Source of the DNA: SAR324 cluster bacterium
Lineage (GTDB): Bacteria > SAR324 > NAC60-12
Direction of reading: 5' to 3'
Assembly (NCBI GenBank): GCA_014382365.1
Contig: JACNJW010000049.1
Location: 1,830 to 65,829, forward strand
DNA length: 64,000 nt
Shown piece after piece: positions 19,324-29,679 of the stretch. The notes beneath the pieces were generated by a model. The model did no database searches and was not told the DNA's origin. It saw nothing but the letters and a program-made list of their open reading frames with translations. Every line of letters starts with the position of its first letter. Positions within the stretch are counted from its first letter, which is position 1. A program made the translations under genes and the position numbers.

Positions 19324-22116
19324 TTAAAGAGAATGTTTTTGCTGAAGCTGATTAAAAAGATTAAGTGCAGAATTCAGTTTTTGGCGTTGCTCATCATCAA
19401 TTGGAGCATTATCAAGAACATACTGCACAGTCTGCAGAACTTTTCGCCAACGTGGGTGTTGGGGAAGAGTTGCGAGTGTGAGATATTTTTCCAGCCCTCT
19501 GGCTCTCCAGGCACCAGTGGCTTCAAGGTGGGTTCCCCATGTTTTGCTTTCCTGTGCTAAATCAATAATACTTAGCTGACTGGCTTGTTCCCAGACAAAT
19601 AAAGTGGTAGTAACTAAAGCAACCAGTGCTTCACGAGGCAACCGACGTTCCTTTTCTTCGGTGAGCAGACGAGTACTCAGGTATTGTGAAAGCTTCAAAT
19701 GCACTGAAATTCTGGCCAGCAACTCCTGTTTTTTAAGCGGTTTACACAAATAATCATTTGCTCCACTAGCATATCCGTTAGCAATATCTTCGTCTCCATT
19801 CAGCGCTGTCAATAATAATACAGGTAACTCTTCCTGAGAGTAGTGCTCCCGAATCAGTTCACATAATTCCAGCCCGTCCAGTCCAGGCATTAGTACATCC
19901 AGTAAAATCAGATTTACTTTAGATTGCGCCAGCAGGTCTAAAACTTCTTGACTTTCTGTACAGAAAGTTACCTGAAAATCTTCTGTTGACAAATAACCTC
20001 TGATGACATGAAGGTTTGTGATGTCATCATCCACTGCCAGGATATGTAAACCTTTCCCCTTGAGTGGAATTAAATTTTCGACTTCTTGATCCATTTCAGG
20101 AGCAACTGTTTCCAGAATTGTTGAGCTGGCCGAATCTTCAACTTTGGAACCTTGCGGAATTATACTTAAACTGCTTTGAGCCAGCGGAAGCGTAAAACTA
20201 AAAACACTACCTTTTTCGGAAGATGCATCAAGCCAGATCTTACCCGCATGGGCCTCTACCAATTCTTTACAGATACTCAATCCAAGACCCAGACCCATTG
20301 TAATTCCGGCATTGCTTTCTCCCTGATCAAATGCTTGAAAAATTTTTTCCTGCTGACCTGGAATAATTCCTGAGCCTGTATCAACAACCTGTATCAGAAT
20401 ATAATTGTCTTCTGTAGTAGCAGTGACACTAATGCTTCCGTTTGTAGTGAATTTAATTGAGTTTTCTACCAGGTTGAACAACACCTGCTGCAGCCTGTCC
20501 GGATCAGCGTAAATACTTGGTAAATTAGGAGGTACCAGGTTGTCCAGGCGAATGTTCTTGTTATTGAGTTGTGGAGAACTTTGTCGCAGCACATTTTTTG
20601 CCAAGGCATGAAGATTTACCTCACTCAGCTTCATATTCAGCTTAGTGTTTCGGATTGCCGATAAATCGAGCAGGTCTCCAACCAGACGATTGACGCGTCT
20701 GATGCTGGACAAGGCCAGCTCCAGCATTTTTCGCTGCTCATTAAACAAAGGGGCTTGCAGCGATTCCTGAACAGTTTCCATTAGTCCGCTCACCACATGC
20801 AGCGGTGTACGCAGTTCATGGGAAGTGTTAGCCAGTAGTTGATCCTTGAATTGATTTTTTTCCTGCAGTTGTCTCACACTTTCTTGATGCGCATTAAGAG
20901 CATCTTTTTGAGCAAGTTCTTTTTCCCGGCGTAACTTTCCTGCTCGTACTGCCAGTGCCAGAGAGAGAAAAATAATTTCCAGAAATGAGCTAAATTGAAA
21001 AATGGTATAACCTCCGGTTTTGACTTCCAAAAAACCTAAAAATACTAAAGTAATCCCCAAAAGAGCAAGGGGCGGAAAACTTCGGGCCAGTACAAAAAAA
21101 CGTGCTGAGACATCTCCTTTCGACAAGTACTGAACAGAAACCACAATGATTGTGCAAGTTGCCAGGATTAAGGCCAACATCAACACGAATGGATTAACAC
21201 CTGGAATTAGAGGTACATAAATAGAGCAAATGGAAATAAACTTTAAGATGTTAATGAAGCGATGCGTTAATGGAGAAAGCTGTTGTGTTTGAAGAAAAGA
21301 TTGTGTTGTACTGAGTGCAAAAAAAATATACAGACTAACTGAAAAACCAAATACTGTGACTCCCCAGTCCAGATTAGCGGGAAATAAAAGTAAGCCTGCA
21401 TATCCATTTATTGTAAAAGACATCATCATGGTCGCAAGTGTTAATAAAGTGTAATCTAAATACACTCTTTCCCTGAGATTTATAAAAAGGAATAAAGTAT
21501 AGAGCATCATTCCTCCCATTGCTCCATAATAGACGCCGTGCATTAACTGTTTCGTTTGTTCCTGCTTTGCATAAACTTTTTCGGCAAGCATCCACAATGA
21601 AATAAATATCTGGCGGTCATTGGATACATGAAAGTAAAGAGTCGAGTCTTGACCTGAAAGATCATCCAGCTGAAACAATGGAAGGCGAAAATTTTCTGTT
21701 CTCTGCTGAATTGGAGTCTCTGTTCCTCTGCTGATCCGTCTGTAGCCTTGTTCCCCCTGCTTGATATACATATCAAACTGGGTTAAGAACGGGTGGTTGT
21801 TTTCTATCACCCAGTTGGAAACATCTGTCTGGTTCTCAATTCTCAGCTTTATCCACCAGGAAGAAGATGAATTTCCTAGCTTAAAAATAATTTTATTAAT
21901 CTTTTTGAATTGAGAACTCCATGCGGCGGAAGAGACTTGATCGATCGACCAGGAATTTGACGGATCCTCAGCCAGTTCCAGGAAAAGTCCTGGATAATAG
22001 CTTTTCTCTTCTTCATTCAGTACCAGGTGTGATGACGCATCTAAGGCAGGAAGCACCCAAAAAAAAAGTAAAATAACTGAAAACAAGAGTCGAAAATAGT
22101 ATCTCAACATCTTCAA
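19324..22116 (-). CDS. 7TM-DISM hybrid sensor histidine kinase/receiver with a C-terminal ChiS-family-like DNA-binding domain
   Basis: Periplasmic DISM-type domain, about 7 TM helices, H-box SHELRTPL, QVLFNLVENSIKF, DTGSGI, GLGLGL, REC (AVDDD, LLDVLMP, DYLCKP), tail LEKYL...LP.HPRWRKVL. Alternative ATG at 22110. Confidence 0.88.
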   Translation of the reverse strand: MKMLRYYFRLLFSVILLFFWVLPALDASSHLVLNEEEKSYYPGLFLELAEDPSNSWSIDQVSSAAWSSQFKKINKIIFKLGNSSSSWWIKLRIENQTDVSNWVIENNHPFLTQFDMYIKQGEQGYRRISRGTETPIQQRTENFRLPLFQLDDLSGQDSTLYFHVSNDRQIFISLWMLAEKVYAKQEQTKQLMHGVYYGAMGGMMLYTLFLFINLRERVYLDYTLLTLATMMMSFTINGYAGLLLFPANLDWGVTVFGFSVSLYIFFALSTTQSFLQTQQLSPLTHRFINILKFISICSIYVPLIPGVNPFVLMLALILATCTIIVVSVQYLSKGDVSARFFVLARSFPPLALLGITLVFLGFLEVKTGGYTIFQFSSFLEIIFLSLALAVRAGKLRREKELAQKDALNAHQESVRQLQEKNQFKDQLLANTSHELRTPLHVVSGLMETVQESLQAPLFNEQRKMLELALSSIRRVNRLVGDLLDLSAIRNTKLNMKLSEVNLHALAKNVLRQSSPQLNNKNIRLDNLVPPNLPSIYADPDRLQQVLFNLVENSIKFTTNGSISVTATTEDNYILIQVVDTGSGIIPGQQEKIFQAFDQGESNAGITMGLGLGLSICKELVEAHAGKIWLDASSEKGSVFSFTLPLAQSSLSIIPQGSKVEDSASSTILETVAPEMDQEVENLIPLKGKGLHILAVDDDITNLHVIRGYLSTEDFQVTFCTESQEVLDLLAQSKVNLILLDVLMPGLDGLELCELIREHYSQEELPVLLLTALNGDEDIANGYASGANDYLCKPLKKQELLARISVHLKLSQYLSTRLLTEEKERRLPREALVALVTTTLFVWEQASQLSIIDLAQESKTWGTHLEATGAWRARGLEKYLTLATLPQHPRWRKVLQTVQYVLDNAPIDDEQRQKLNSALNLFNQLQQKHSL

Positions 22117-22231
22117 ATCAATAAGCCAAAATTTGAGAGTGAACTAAAATTAAATAAACATAAATCAAGAGAGTATACTAGAATTGGGAGATTAGCAATT
22201 ATATTTCAGAACAGTTGTGATCGGTTTGAGT

Positions 22232-22993
22232 TTAATTCAAGTATTCCAGAACACACTTTGTGTCTCTTTCAAGCAGTTCATAAAATTTTAAATTATGACC
22301 GAGATCCGGACTGGCCCGGTGTCGCAATTCGTGAACCAGAGTACTCAATAACTGTGTTACTTTGGGCCAGCCAAAAAACCAAAAATTTGAGCGGTGAATC
22401 TTGATCTGCTCTTCTCCCCAGTAAACTCCTGCTTCTCCGTATTGGATCCAGTTCTTATGCACCGGACGTTCTCTAGTATAGCGAATAGGTACAGTCCGAA
22501 TTATGACTTTCATGTTTGATGGGAAACAGGGGATTGCTAAAAGACCTTCTGCGTATTTCATAACCTGTTGTTGCCTGGTGTCTGTATTCTCGAGGAAAGG
22601 CTCAAGCAGGTGCCAACGATCCAGAACAAAAAAAATCGTTCCAGCAAAAAGTAGAAGAGCTATCAACCAATGTGCAGCTTTAGATAAAGTTGGTTTTGTA
22701 GCAGCAGATTTGTCCAGATGTCTTTGTTTCCATTGCAGCCACTCTCTCCATTCCTGTTGCAGGTTATTGATTTGCTCAAATTTCCGTGATTCAGGAATCT
22801 TTTCCAGGGAGTTTATGTTTTGCGGTAACTCTGGAATTTGGAAAAACAAATGTTCACTACAATTTTGGCATTGAATTCTTACAAAGCGCTCCCCTGCTTT
22901 GCCTGCCATTGGTATAAGTTTGAAATTTTCTTCAGCACAGGAAGGACAGTGCAGTGTCACATCTTCATCAGTAGAGCTGACGTCAGAGGTCAT
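22232..22993 (-). CDS. Hypothetical membrane protein: Zn ribbon + TM helix + SprT/WLM-like zinc metallopeptidase motif
   Basis: CPSC...CQNC, one hydrophobic segment, LVHELRH...LGHNLKFY. Confidence 0.6.
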   Translation of the reverse strand: MTSDVSSTDEDVTLHCPSCAEENFKLIPMAGKAGERFVRIQCQNCSEHLFFQIPELPQNINSLEKIPESRKFEQINNLQQEWREWLQWKQRHLDKSAATKPTLSKAAHWLIALLLFAGTIFFVLDRWHLLEPFLENTDTRQQQVMKYAEGLLAIPCFPSNMKVIIRTVPIRYTRERPVHKNWIQYGEAGVYWGEEQIKIHRSNFWFFGWPKVTQLLSTLVHELRHRASPDLGHNLKFYELLERDTKCVLEYLN

Positions 22994-23023
22994 TGAATTT
23001 GGTAGCTTGTTTTAGAATTACTG

Positions 23024-24193
23024 TTAGCTTAATTCCTTCATGGTCTGTGATGCAATGATTAGTTTTTGGACTTCAGATGCGCCCTCATAGATTCTTAGTG
23101 CCCGTATTTCACGATAAAGCTGCTCAACTGCAAATCCGGAGACCACTCCAGATCCGCCAAATATTTGCACAGCATCATCGATGACACGCTGTGCGGCTTC
23201 AGTAGCATATAGTTTGGCCATGGCAGCTTCACGGGTAATTCTTTCTGCACCATTGTCTTTAGTCCAGGCTGCACGGTAAATCAACAGTGCACTGGCGTCA
23301 ATATCGAGTGACATTTCACCAATTTTTGCTTGAATCAGTTGCAGTTTACTCATAGGTGCGCCAAACATCTGTCTGCTTTTTACTCTTTCAAGTGCTTCAT
23401 CAAGAGCATGACGGGCAAATCCCAGGGCTGCAGCGCCAACGGTAGAACGAAAAATATCCAGAGTTGCCATTGCCATTTTGAAGCCTTCTCCAATCTTACC
23501 AACTTGTTGAGCTGCCGGAATTCTGCAGTGCTTAAAGCGGAGTCTGGCTAATGGGTGTGGAGCTATAACTTCAATCCGTTCTACTACTTCCAGTCCTGGA
23601 GTATCAGCATCTACAACAAATGTACTGATGCAACTTGTTCCGGAAGATTCAGCTGTTTTGGCAAAGACAGTATAATAATCCGCAATGCCTCCGTTTGAAA
23701 TGAGTGTTTTTTCTCCATTCAGGATAAAAAAATCGCCATCAAATTCTGCAGTTGTAGTTAAGGCTGCTGCATCAGAACCGGCCTGTGGTTCAGTTAGAGC
23801 AAAAGCTGCTATTTTTTTTCCAGCACCGACATCCGGCAGATATTTTGCCTGCAGCTCATCAGAACCAAAGAGCGAAATAGTACCACTGCCAAGACCTTGC
23901 ATCGCAAAGACAAAATCTGCAAGACCACAAAAACGAGCCAGTGTTTCTCGTATCAGGCAAAGTGAGCGTACGTCAAATTTGGAATAAACTCCGCCATATA
24001 TTTTTGGTACACAATAATTTAACCAACCGCCTTCTGCTAATTCGAGAACTAACTGACGGCAGGTTTGATCAACATTTGAAGATTCATTAGAAATGTCCGC
24101 CAATTTGCTCTTTGACCACTCCTCTAATTGCAGAACTAAATCTCTGTGTTTGTTATCAAAAAAAGGCCAATTTAAATAACTGTGATCAGACAT
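23024..24193 (-). CDS. Acyl-CoA dehydrogenase (abm-cluster type)
   Basis: [44 protein letters not shown]. Confidence 0.92.
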   Translation of the reverse strand: MSDHSYLNWPFFDNKHRDLVLQLEEWSKSKLADISNESSNVDQTCRQLVLELAEGGWLNYCVPKIYGGVYSKFDVRSLCLIRETLARFCGLADFVFAMQGLGSGTISLFGSDELQAKYLPDVGAGKKIAAFALTEPQAGSDAAALTTTAEFDGDFFILNGEKTLISNGGIADYYTVFAKTAESSGTSCISTFVVDADTPGLEVVERIEVIAPHPLARLRFKHCRIPAAQQVGKIGEGFKMAMATLDIFRSTVGAAALGFARHALDEALERVKSRQMFGAPMSKLQLIQAKIGEMSLDIDASALLIYRAAWTKDNGAERITREAAMAKLYATEAAQRVIDDAVQIFGGSGVVSGFAVEQLYREIRALRIYEGASEVQKLIIASQTMKELS

Positions 24194-25017
24194 TAATCTC
24201 CTTCAAAGACAGGTTTTTCCTTTTTGACAAAAGCTTCGTAAGCCCTGACAAAATCCTGAGTCTGCATACAGATGGCTTGAGCTTGTGCCTCTGATTCAAT
24301 GGCCTGCTCGATACTCATATTCCACTCCTGATTGAGCATCGTTTTTGTTATTCCATGCGCAAAGTTGGGACCTTCTGCCAGTTTAGTAGCCATTGTCCGG
24401 GCTTCTTTCAGCAGGTTTGCGGAGTCATGCAGTTGATTAAAAAAACCCCAGCGTTCTGCCTCTTCTCCTTTCATGTTACGTCCTGAAAACAATAATTCAG
24501 CAGCACGTCCCTGACCGATTATCCGGGGAAGCATGGCACAGGCTCCCATGTCACAACCAGCTAAACCTACTTTTGAAAATATGAAAGAGACTTTGGAATT
24601 TGGTGTTCCAAGCCGGATGTCACTTGCCATGGCAAGTATAGCTCCGGCACCAACGCAAATTCCATCAACTGCAGCAATTACAGGCTGAGGACAGTTTCTG
24701 ATTGCTTTTACCAAATCACCAGTCATTCTGGTAAAGGCCAGTAATTCCTTCATGCTCATTTTTGTCAACGGTCCAATGATTTCGTGGACATCACCTCCGG
24801 AACAAAAATTATTACCTGCACCTGTAATGACAACTGCTCTTATTTCTTCAGCATAAACAAGATCTCTAAATCTGTCACGCATTTCTGCATATGATTCAAA
24901 GGTCAAAGGGTTTTTTCTGTCTGGTCGGTTAAGAGTAATGGTAGCTACGTGTTGTTCGACAGACCAGAGAAAATGTTCTGGTGACTGTTCCAGACGGGTT
25001 GTTGTTTTTCCGAGCAT
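24193..25017 (-). CDS. Enoyl-CoA hydratase/isomerase family protein (abm-cluster type)
   Basis: [40 protein letters not shown]. Confidence 0.9.
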   Translation of the reverse strand: MLGKTTTRLEQSPEHFLWSVEQHVATITLNRPDRKNPLTFESYAEMRDRFRDLVYAEEIRAVVITGAGNNFCSGGDVHEIIGPLTKMSMKELLAFTRMTGDLVKAIRNCPQPVIAAVDGICVGAGAILAMASDIRLGTPNSKVSFIFSKVGLAGCDMGACAMLPRIIGQGRAAELLFSGRNMKGEEAERWGFFNQLHDSANLLKEARTMATKLAEGPNFAHGITKTMLNQEWNMSIEQAIESEAQAQAICMQTQDFVRAYEAFVKKEKPVFEGD

Positions 25018-25061
25018 AGTATTATCTCCTCAGTATTTATCAGGAATCTGTTATTAATACT

Positions 25062-25460
25062 TCAGTTGTTAAAGGGGATGACTGCAGTTGCTTCAATTTC
25101 AACCTTTGCTTTATCTTCCATCAGAGCAGTGACCTCTACAACAGACATAACTGGGTAATGTCGACCAATTTCTTCTCTATATTTTTGTCCTAATGCTTTC
25201 AATGATGCCAGGTATTCTTTTTTGGTGGTAATAAACCATGTCAATCTGGTAATGTGTTCTGCACTTGCATTTGCTGCACTAAGGATGGTCATGATATTGC
25301 GCAGAGCTTGTCCGGCCTGATCTGCAAAATCATCACTCTGGAAAGTACAAGTTTCGTCCCAGCCAATTTGTCCAGCAACAAAAATTTGACTGCCTGTAGT
25401 TAAAATTGCTTGTGAGTAACCCTTTGGAGTTTTCCAGCCTTCCGGAAGTATGTACTGCAT
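25062..25460 (-). CDS. RidA/YjgF family protein (second paralogue)
   Basis: PEGWKTPKGYS, FVAGQIGWD, HYPVMS, KVEIEATAV; start placed at ATG 25460. Confidence 0.87.
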   Translation of the reverse strand: MQYILPEGWKTPKGYSQAILTTGSQIFVAGQIGWDETCTFQSDDFADQAGQALRNIMTILSAANASAEHITRLTWFITTKKEYLASLKALGQKYREEIGRHYPVMSVVEVTALMEDKAKVEIEATAVIPFNN

Positions 25461-25613
25461 ATTATAATTTGTAAATTTTAATGTTAAAAAATTGTGAGTC
25501 AAAACAAATTAACTCATTAAAACGAAGTATTTCTGTCTTGCTAAGATTTACTTTTGAATCTTCAGCAATAATTGCCAGGTTGTTTTAAACCTTAGTATCC
25601 AGCAATGTTATAC

Positions 25614-26111
25614 TCAACTGCCAGAATTCAATTTGACAGTGTTCTGGAGCACCTCTTTCAATCTGTTCAGTGAATTTACTAATTGGTTGATTTCAGCTAT
25701 TTCCAAATCTTGTAATAGATTGCATAACCATGATTCATGTTCAGCCACCATTTTTTGAAAAAAATCACTTCCTTTGTCTGTTAACTGCACCAACTGTACT
25801 CTACCATCAACTGGAGATCTTGTATGTACAACAATTCCTGCCAGTACCATTTTGTTTACCAGCCAGGTTACATTACCATTTGTTACAATCATTTTTTCAG
25901 AAAGCTCTGATTTAGTAAGCGCCTCATTTGCTTGATCTAACACAGAGAGCAGATCGAATTGTGTTATAGTAATTCCAAAATTTTTATGTAGTTTTGTGCG
26001 TAGGTGACGTTCAATTTTTCCAGAGTTCTTTAATAAACCTAACCATAAACGTACGATTTGTTTTTTTTTAGAGTTCTGATTTGAACCAGTATGTTTAAAT
26101 TTATTTTTCAT
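25614..26111 (-). CDS. MarR family transcriptional regulator
   Basis: RLWLGLL, QFDLLS.L, VTNGNVTWLV, DGR...VQLTDKG winged-helix pattern. Confidence 0.88.
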   Translation of the reverse strand: MKNKFKHTGSNQNSKKKQIVRLWLGLLKNSGKIERHLRTKLHKNFGITITQFDLLSVLDQANEALTKSELSEKMIVTNGNVTWLVNKMVLAGIVVHTRSPVDGRVQLVQLTDKGSDFFQKMVAEHESWLCNLLQDLEIAEINQLVNSLNRLKEVLQNTVKLNSGS

Positions 26112-26875
26112 TACATAACCTCCCCACCTGCAACAGGAACAGCTTGTCCTGTAATAGATTTAGAGTCGTGTTGACAGAGCCAGAATACTGTATTGGCGAT
26201 TTCTTCAGGTTGAACAAAGCGTTTTTGAGGATTGTTTTGCAGCAGTTGCATTTGAACTTCAGCTTTGGTGTAGTTAGTCTTTTGGAAAATATTTTCAATT
26301 GCAGCTTCAGTCAGGGCAGTCTCTGTATAACCTGGACAAACAGCATTGACCGTAATTCCGTCAAGGGCGGTCTCAAGTGCTAATGCGCGAGTCAGACCAA
26401 TAACACCATGTTTAGCTGCACAATAGGCTGAAACATAAGCGTAGCCTTTTAACCCTGCTGTACTGGCAATGTTGATGATACGACCCCATTTTTGTTTTCT
26501 CATCGAAGGAAGACAAGCCTGAGTGCAGTTAAAAACACCGTTTAAATTGACAGCAAGCATCGTGTTCCAATCTTCAAGACCCATTTTATGAAACGGTACA
26601 GAAATAGCGTTTCCGGCATTATTTATTAGAATATCAACTGTACCATGATTAGCAACAGCCTTTGCAAAGCCTTGTTCTACCTGATCAAGATCAGTGACAT
26701 CTACAGACACAGCAAATGCCTGTTTTATTGTTTTTACTTTTTCCTGCAACCTGTCAAGTTTCCTCCCCATAATCGTTATTCGAGTTCCTTTTTCTGCCAG
26801 AGCATCAGTAATAGCTGCTCCAATACCGCTTCCTCCTCCGGTTATGACGACGTGTTTTTCTTGCAGTGTTTCCAT
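26111..26875 (-). CDS. Short-chain dehydrogenase/reductase (3-hydroxyacyl-CoA dehydrogenase-like, abm cluster)
   Basis: TGGGSGIG, NNAG, catalytic YCAAK, NAVCPG. Confidence 0.9.
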   Translation of the reverse strand: METLQEKHVVITGGGSGIGAAITDALAEKGTRITIMGRKLDRLQEKVKTIKQAFAVSVDVTDLDQVEQGFAKAVANHGTVDILINNAGNAISVPFHKMGLEDWNTMLAVNLNGVFNCTQACLPSMRKQKWGRIINIASTAGLKGYAYVSAYCAAKHGVIGLTRALALETALDGITVNAVCPGYTETALTEAAIENIFQKTNYTKAEVQMQLLQNNPQKRFVQPEEIANTVFWLCQHDSKSITGQAVPVAGGEVM

Positions 26876-29154
26876 TAAATTAGTGATTCTATTTCCAAGG
26901 CACGTTGTGTATTGATTTCCAACTGTTTCTTTCCTGCAAGATACTGAACCGGCCAGGCCTGATCAAGATAGCTATGTCGTGCTGCTGCATGTAAGGTCCA
27001 GTAAGGATTACTTAAATGCGGACGTGCAAGGCAGCACAAATCTGCTCTTCCGGCTGCAATGATGGAATTGACGTGGTCGGTTTCAAATATTGCTCCAACA
27101 GCAATTGTTGGTACATGTCCTTCATTTCTTATACGGTCCGAAAAAGGTGTTTGAAACATACGTCCATAGACAGGTTTTTCATTGATATTAGTTTGACCGG
27201 ATGAGACATTAATAATGTCTGCACCAGCATCGTAGAACATTTTGGCAACCAAAACTGCTTCATTGTCATCAATACCTCCTTCTACCCAGTCGTGTGCAGA
27301 GATTCTTACTGAGATTGGCTTTTGTTCAGGCCAGACAGCGCGAATTGCTGCAAAAACTTCCAGTGGAAAGCGCATCCTGTTGGTTAAACTTCCTCCATAT
27401 TCGTCCGTACGTTTGTTGGAAAGAGGTGTAATGAATGATGAAAAGAGGTATCCATGTCCGCAGTGAAATTCAAGCATATCAAAATCACATTCTTCTGCCA
27501 TTTGAGCAGATGCTACGAATTGCTGTTGAATTTCCTGCATCTCTACTTTGCCTAGTTCATGTGGGATTTGATCTTTATAGGGTGCTGCAGAAGGGCCGAC
27601 GACTGGCCAACCATGTTCCAAAGCCATATCCTGACCTTCCCACAGTATTTTTGTAGAACCCTTAGGTCCGGCATGTCCTAATTGTAAAGCAATTTTGGCC
27701 TGACTTTGCTGATGCACAAAACCAACAATCCTTTTCCAGCCATTTTGATGCTCTTGATTATACATGCCAGCACAACCGGGTGTTATGCGGGCCTCTTCTG
27801 AGACATGTGTCATTTCTGTAATAATTAAACCGGCACCTCCTATTGCACGGGATCCATAATGTACAAGGTGGAAATCATCAACCAGACCATTTTTAGAACT
27901 GTACATTGCCATTGGTGAAACAACAACACGGTTGACAAGATTCATTTTTCTCAGCTGAAATGGAGTAAACATTGGGGCAATAGGTGTTGGTGATGTTTTG
28001 CCGGTAGCATTTTTTGCAAATTCAGATTCCATACTCTCGAGCCAGCCTTTATCACGCAGACGCAGATTTTCATGACTTACTCGTTGACTTCTGGTAAGTA
28101 GACTGTAAGTAAACTGAGTAGTGGAAAAATTAGTATATCGGGGTAGATTTTCAAACCAGGCAGTACTGTTTCTGGCTGCATTTTGCAGTCGGAACACTTC
28201 AATTTCACGCTCTTCCTGGTATTTTTTGAAGGCATTTTGCAAATCAGTTTTCTGGTTGATGCACTCTGCAAGGCAGATACCGTCTTCAAATGCGAGCTTT
28301 GTCCCTGAACCTATTGAAAAATGTGCTGTGTGTACTGCATCTCCTAAAAGAACTATGTTTTTGTGATACCAGTGCTTGCAGGTTACTCTGGGGAAATTCA
28401 TCCAGACTGAAGAACCTCGGAGATGCTTTGCATTTTCCATGAGAGAATTACCATCCAGATAATCGGCAAACAGATTTTCACAGTAAGCAATGGCTGCTTC
28501 CTTGCTCATCTTATCAAAGCCAAGAGCGCTCCAAGTTTCAGGTTCACACTCAACGATAAAAGTACTTAAATCTGCTGAAAAACGATATGCATGCGCCCAA
28601 ATCCATCCTTTATCTGTCTTGATGATAATAAAAGTAAAGGCTTCAAATAATTTGTGGGTTCCAAGCCAGATAAATTTATTTCGGCGTTGATCAATATCAG
28701 GTTGGAAATATGCTTCGTGTTGTGTGCGGATTTTGCTGTTAATACCATCAGAGGCAACCACAAGATCATAATCTTCAAAAGAATCAGAATTGTCTATTTG
28801 TGATTCAAAAACCTGCTTGATGCCTAATTCGGCGGCACGTTCCTGTAAAATAGACAATAAACGCAAGCGGCCGATACCAATAAATCCGTGTCCTCCTGAC
28901 CTGATGACTTCTCCGTGTATGTGTACATCGATGTCATCCCAATAGGCAAAACTGCGGCGGATTGTTTCAGCACTTTCCGGATCATTGGCCTGAAGATTCT
29001 CCAGAGTTTGATCAGAGAAAACTATCCCCCAGCCGAATGTGTCATGCGGTTTGTTTTGTTCCAGTACTGTAATATCATACTCAGGATTTCTTATTTTCAT
29101 CGAAATGGCAAAGTAGAGCCCTCCCGGACCTCCGCCAATACAAACTATTTTCAT
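26875..29154 (-). CDS. abmA: Bifunctional 2-aminobenzoyl-CoA monooxygenase/reductase or salicylyl-CoA 5-hydroxylase (FAD monooxygenase + Old Yellow Enzyme fusion)
   Basis: GGGPGG, TFGWGIVFSD, GDAVHTAHFSIGSGTKLA; OYE half with NRVVVSPMAMY, QLGHAG, HGYL, NKRTDEYGGS. Confidence 0.88.
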   Translation of the reverse strand: MKIVCIGGGPGGLYFAISMKIRNPEYDITVLEQNKPHDTFGWGIVFSDQTLENLQANDPESAETIRRSFAYWDDIDVHIHGEVIRSGGHGFIGIGRLRLLSILQERAAELGIKQVFESQIDNSDSFEDYDLVVASDGINSKIRTQHEAYFQPDIDQRRNKFIWLGTHKLFEAFTFIIIKTDKGWIWAHAYRFSADLSTFIVECEPETWSALGFDKMSKEAAIAYCENLFADYLDGNSLMENAKHLRGSSVWMNFPRVTCKHWYHKNIVLLGDAVHTAHFSIGSGTKLAFEDGICLAECINQKTDLQNAFKKYQEEREIEVFRLQNAARNSTAWFENLPRYTNFSTTQFTYSLLTRSQRVSHENLRLRDKGWLESMESEFAKNATGKTSPTPIAPMFTPFQLRKMNLVNRVVVSPMAMYSSKNGLVDDFHLVHYGSRAIGGAGLIITEMTHVSEEARITPGCAGMYNQEHQNGWKRIVGFVHQQSQAKIALQLGHAGPKGSTKILWEGQDMALEHGWPVVGPSAAPYKDQIPHELGKVEMQEIQQQFVASAQMAEECDFDMLEFHCGHGYLFSSFITPLSNKRTDEYGGSLTNRMRFPLEVFAAIRAVWPEQKPISVRISAHDWVEGGIDDNEAVLVAKMFYDAGADIINVSSGQTNINEKPVYGRMFQTPFSDRIRNEGHVPTIAVGAIFETDHVNSIIAAGRADLCCLARPHLSNPYWTLHAAARHSYLDQAWPVQYLAGKKQLEINTQRALEIESLI

Positions 29155-29446
29155 TACATTTATCCGTATATCTGTGGTTAAAATTTAATTAATTATGCTC
29201 TCAGTATTTTCTGCAATTATAAGTTAATCTTAGTGCCTTCTGCTTTCAGTGATTTACGAATTGAGTATGTTTAGCAGGCAAAAAATATGACTGCAAATAT
29301 TACGTGTGCGCCATCAGTCAGTACTAACGAAAAATCATACAAAAAATTGAATATAATAACTATTTGTGATTATATGCTATGAATTATGCTGCTGTTTTTA
29401 ATAGTACTGTAATCCTAATCAACTGGTAGACCCAGCAACGTGTGAT

Positions 29447-29497
29447 AGTATACTTTCGGATTATTGGATTGTCAATAAATATTTTAAATTTAAAATA
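29447..29497 (-). promoter_or_regulatory. Sigma70 promoter for the abm-like operon with adjacent perfect palindrome (candidate MarR site)
   Basis: Minus strand TTGACA (29475-29470)-N17-TATACT (29452-29447); TATTTTAAATTTAAAATA 18-bp palindrome at 29480-29497. Confidence 0.55.
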
Positions 29498-29679
29498 AAA
29501 TTATCGCAATGATCTAAACTCTACAAATAATTTATGTGGTGAAAAATTAATTAAGTAAAATAATCTTGCGTTTAATAGACCTTTTTAAGGAAAATGCGGG
29601 TATTGTTTATTTTGTCAGGTTTATTTATATTTAATAAATTTGAAAGCAGATCTTTTATACATCAGAATTGGAGGAACTC

